Positions 53,501-53,614 of a DNA stretch of 53,614 nucleotides are shown here, piece after piece. The notes under the pieces are model-generated. The model did not search any database and had not been told where the DNA came from. It worked only from the letters and a program-made list of their open reading frames with translations. The stretch is from Thecamonas trahens ATCC 50062 (taxonomy: Eukaryota; Protista; Apusomonadida). The stretch is from NCBI RefSeq assembly GCF_000142905.1, contig NW_013657639.1:296899-350512 (forward strand). Reading direction: 5' to 3'. Every line of letters starts with the position of its first letter. Within the stretch, counting starts at the first letter, position 1. The position numbers and the translations under genes are program-made.

Positions 53501-53614
53501 TGGATGGGCAGTATGGCATGAGCTGATTGAGGAATGGCGGTGTCGGGGTCGGGGATGAGGATGGGGGTCAGATGGAGCGGGGAGAGGAGGAGGAGGAGGA
53601 GGAGGAGGAAGAGG

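Noticed and set aside
1-53614. tRNA or rRNA genes
   Set aside because: No cloverleaf or rRNA-conserved segments recognised by eye. A covariance-model scan would be needed to exclude small RNAs.

Overview
GC-rich, gene-dense, intron-poor eukaryotic nuclear DNA with spliceosomal GT-AG introns and two N-gaps. Gene content (SPEF1 and Pierce axonemal proteins, trypanosome/fungal-type receptor cyclase, several genes best known from animals) points to a flagellated protist. An apusomonad such as Thecamonas is my inference, not a database result. About 23 protein genes are supportable: SCAMP, an HhH glycosylase-like protein, dUTPase, bacterial-type TrmL, a double-DEP protein, C12orf4/FERRY3, a PsuG-PfkB fusion, C5orf51/RIMOC1, a RAD51AP1-like protein, Pierce, a DHHC palmitoyltransferase, an SdiA-regulated propeller, a 4-MRH mannose-6-phosphate receptor, kynurenine aminotransferase, NAGPA uncovering enzyme, a giant receptor cyclase, a His-phosphatase-PSMD9 fusion, two divergent Cys-rich surface paralogs, a PIG-O/G-like enzyme, a WD40 protein, SPEF1, C2orf69 and two unknowns, plus a piggyBac remnant. 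Highlights: (1) an M6P receptor with four intact sugar-binding sites lies one gene from the M6P uncovering enzyme; (2) six genes carry apparent frameshifts, each repaired by adding one base to a short homopolymer; (3) two enzymes have altered catalytic residues. Family calls come from motif recognition by eye; no searches were run.
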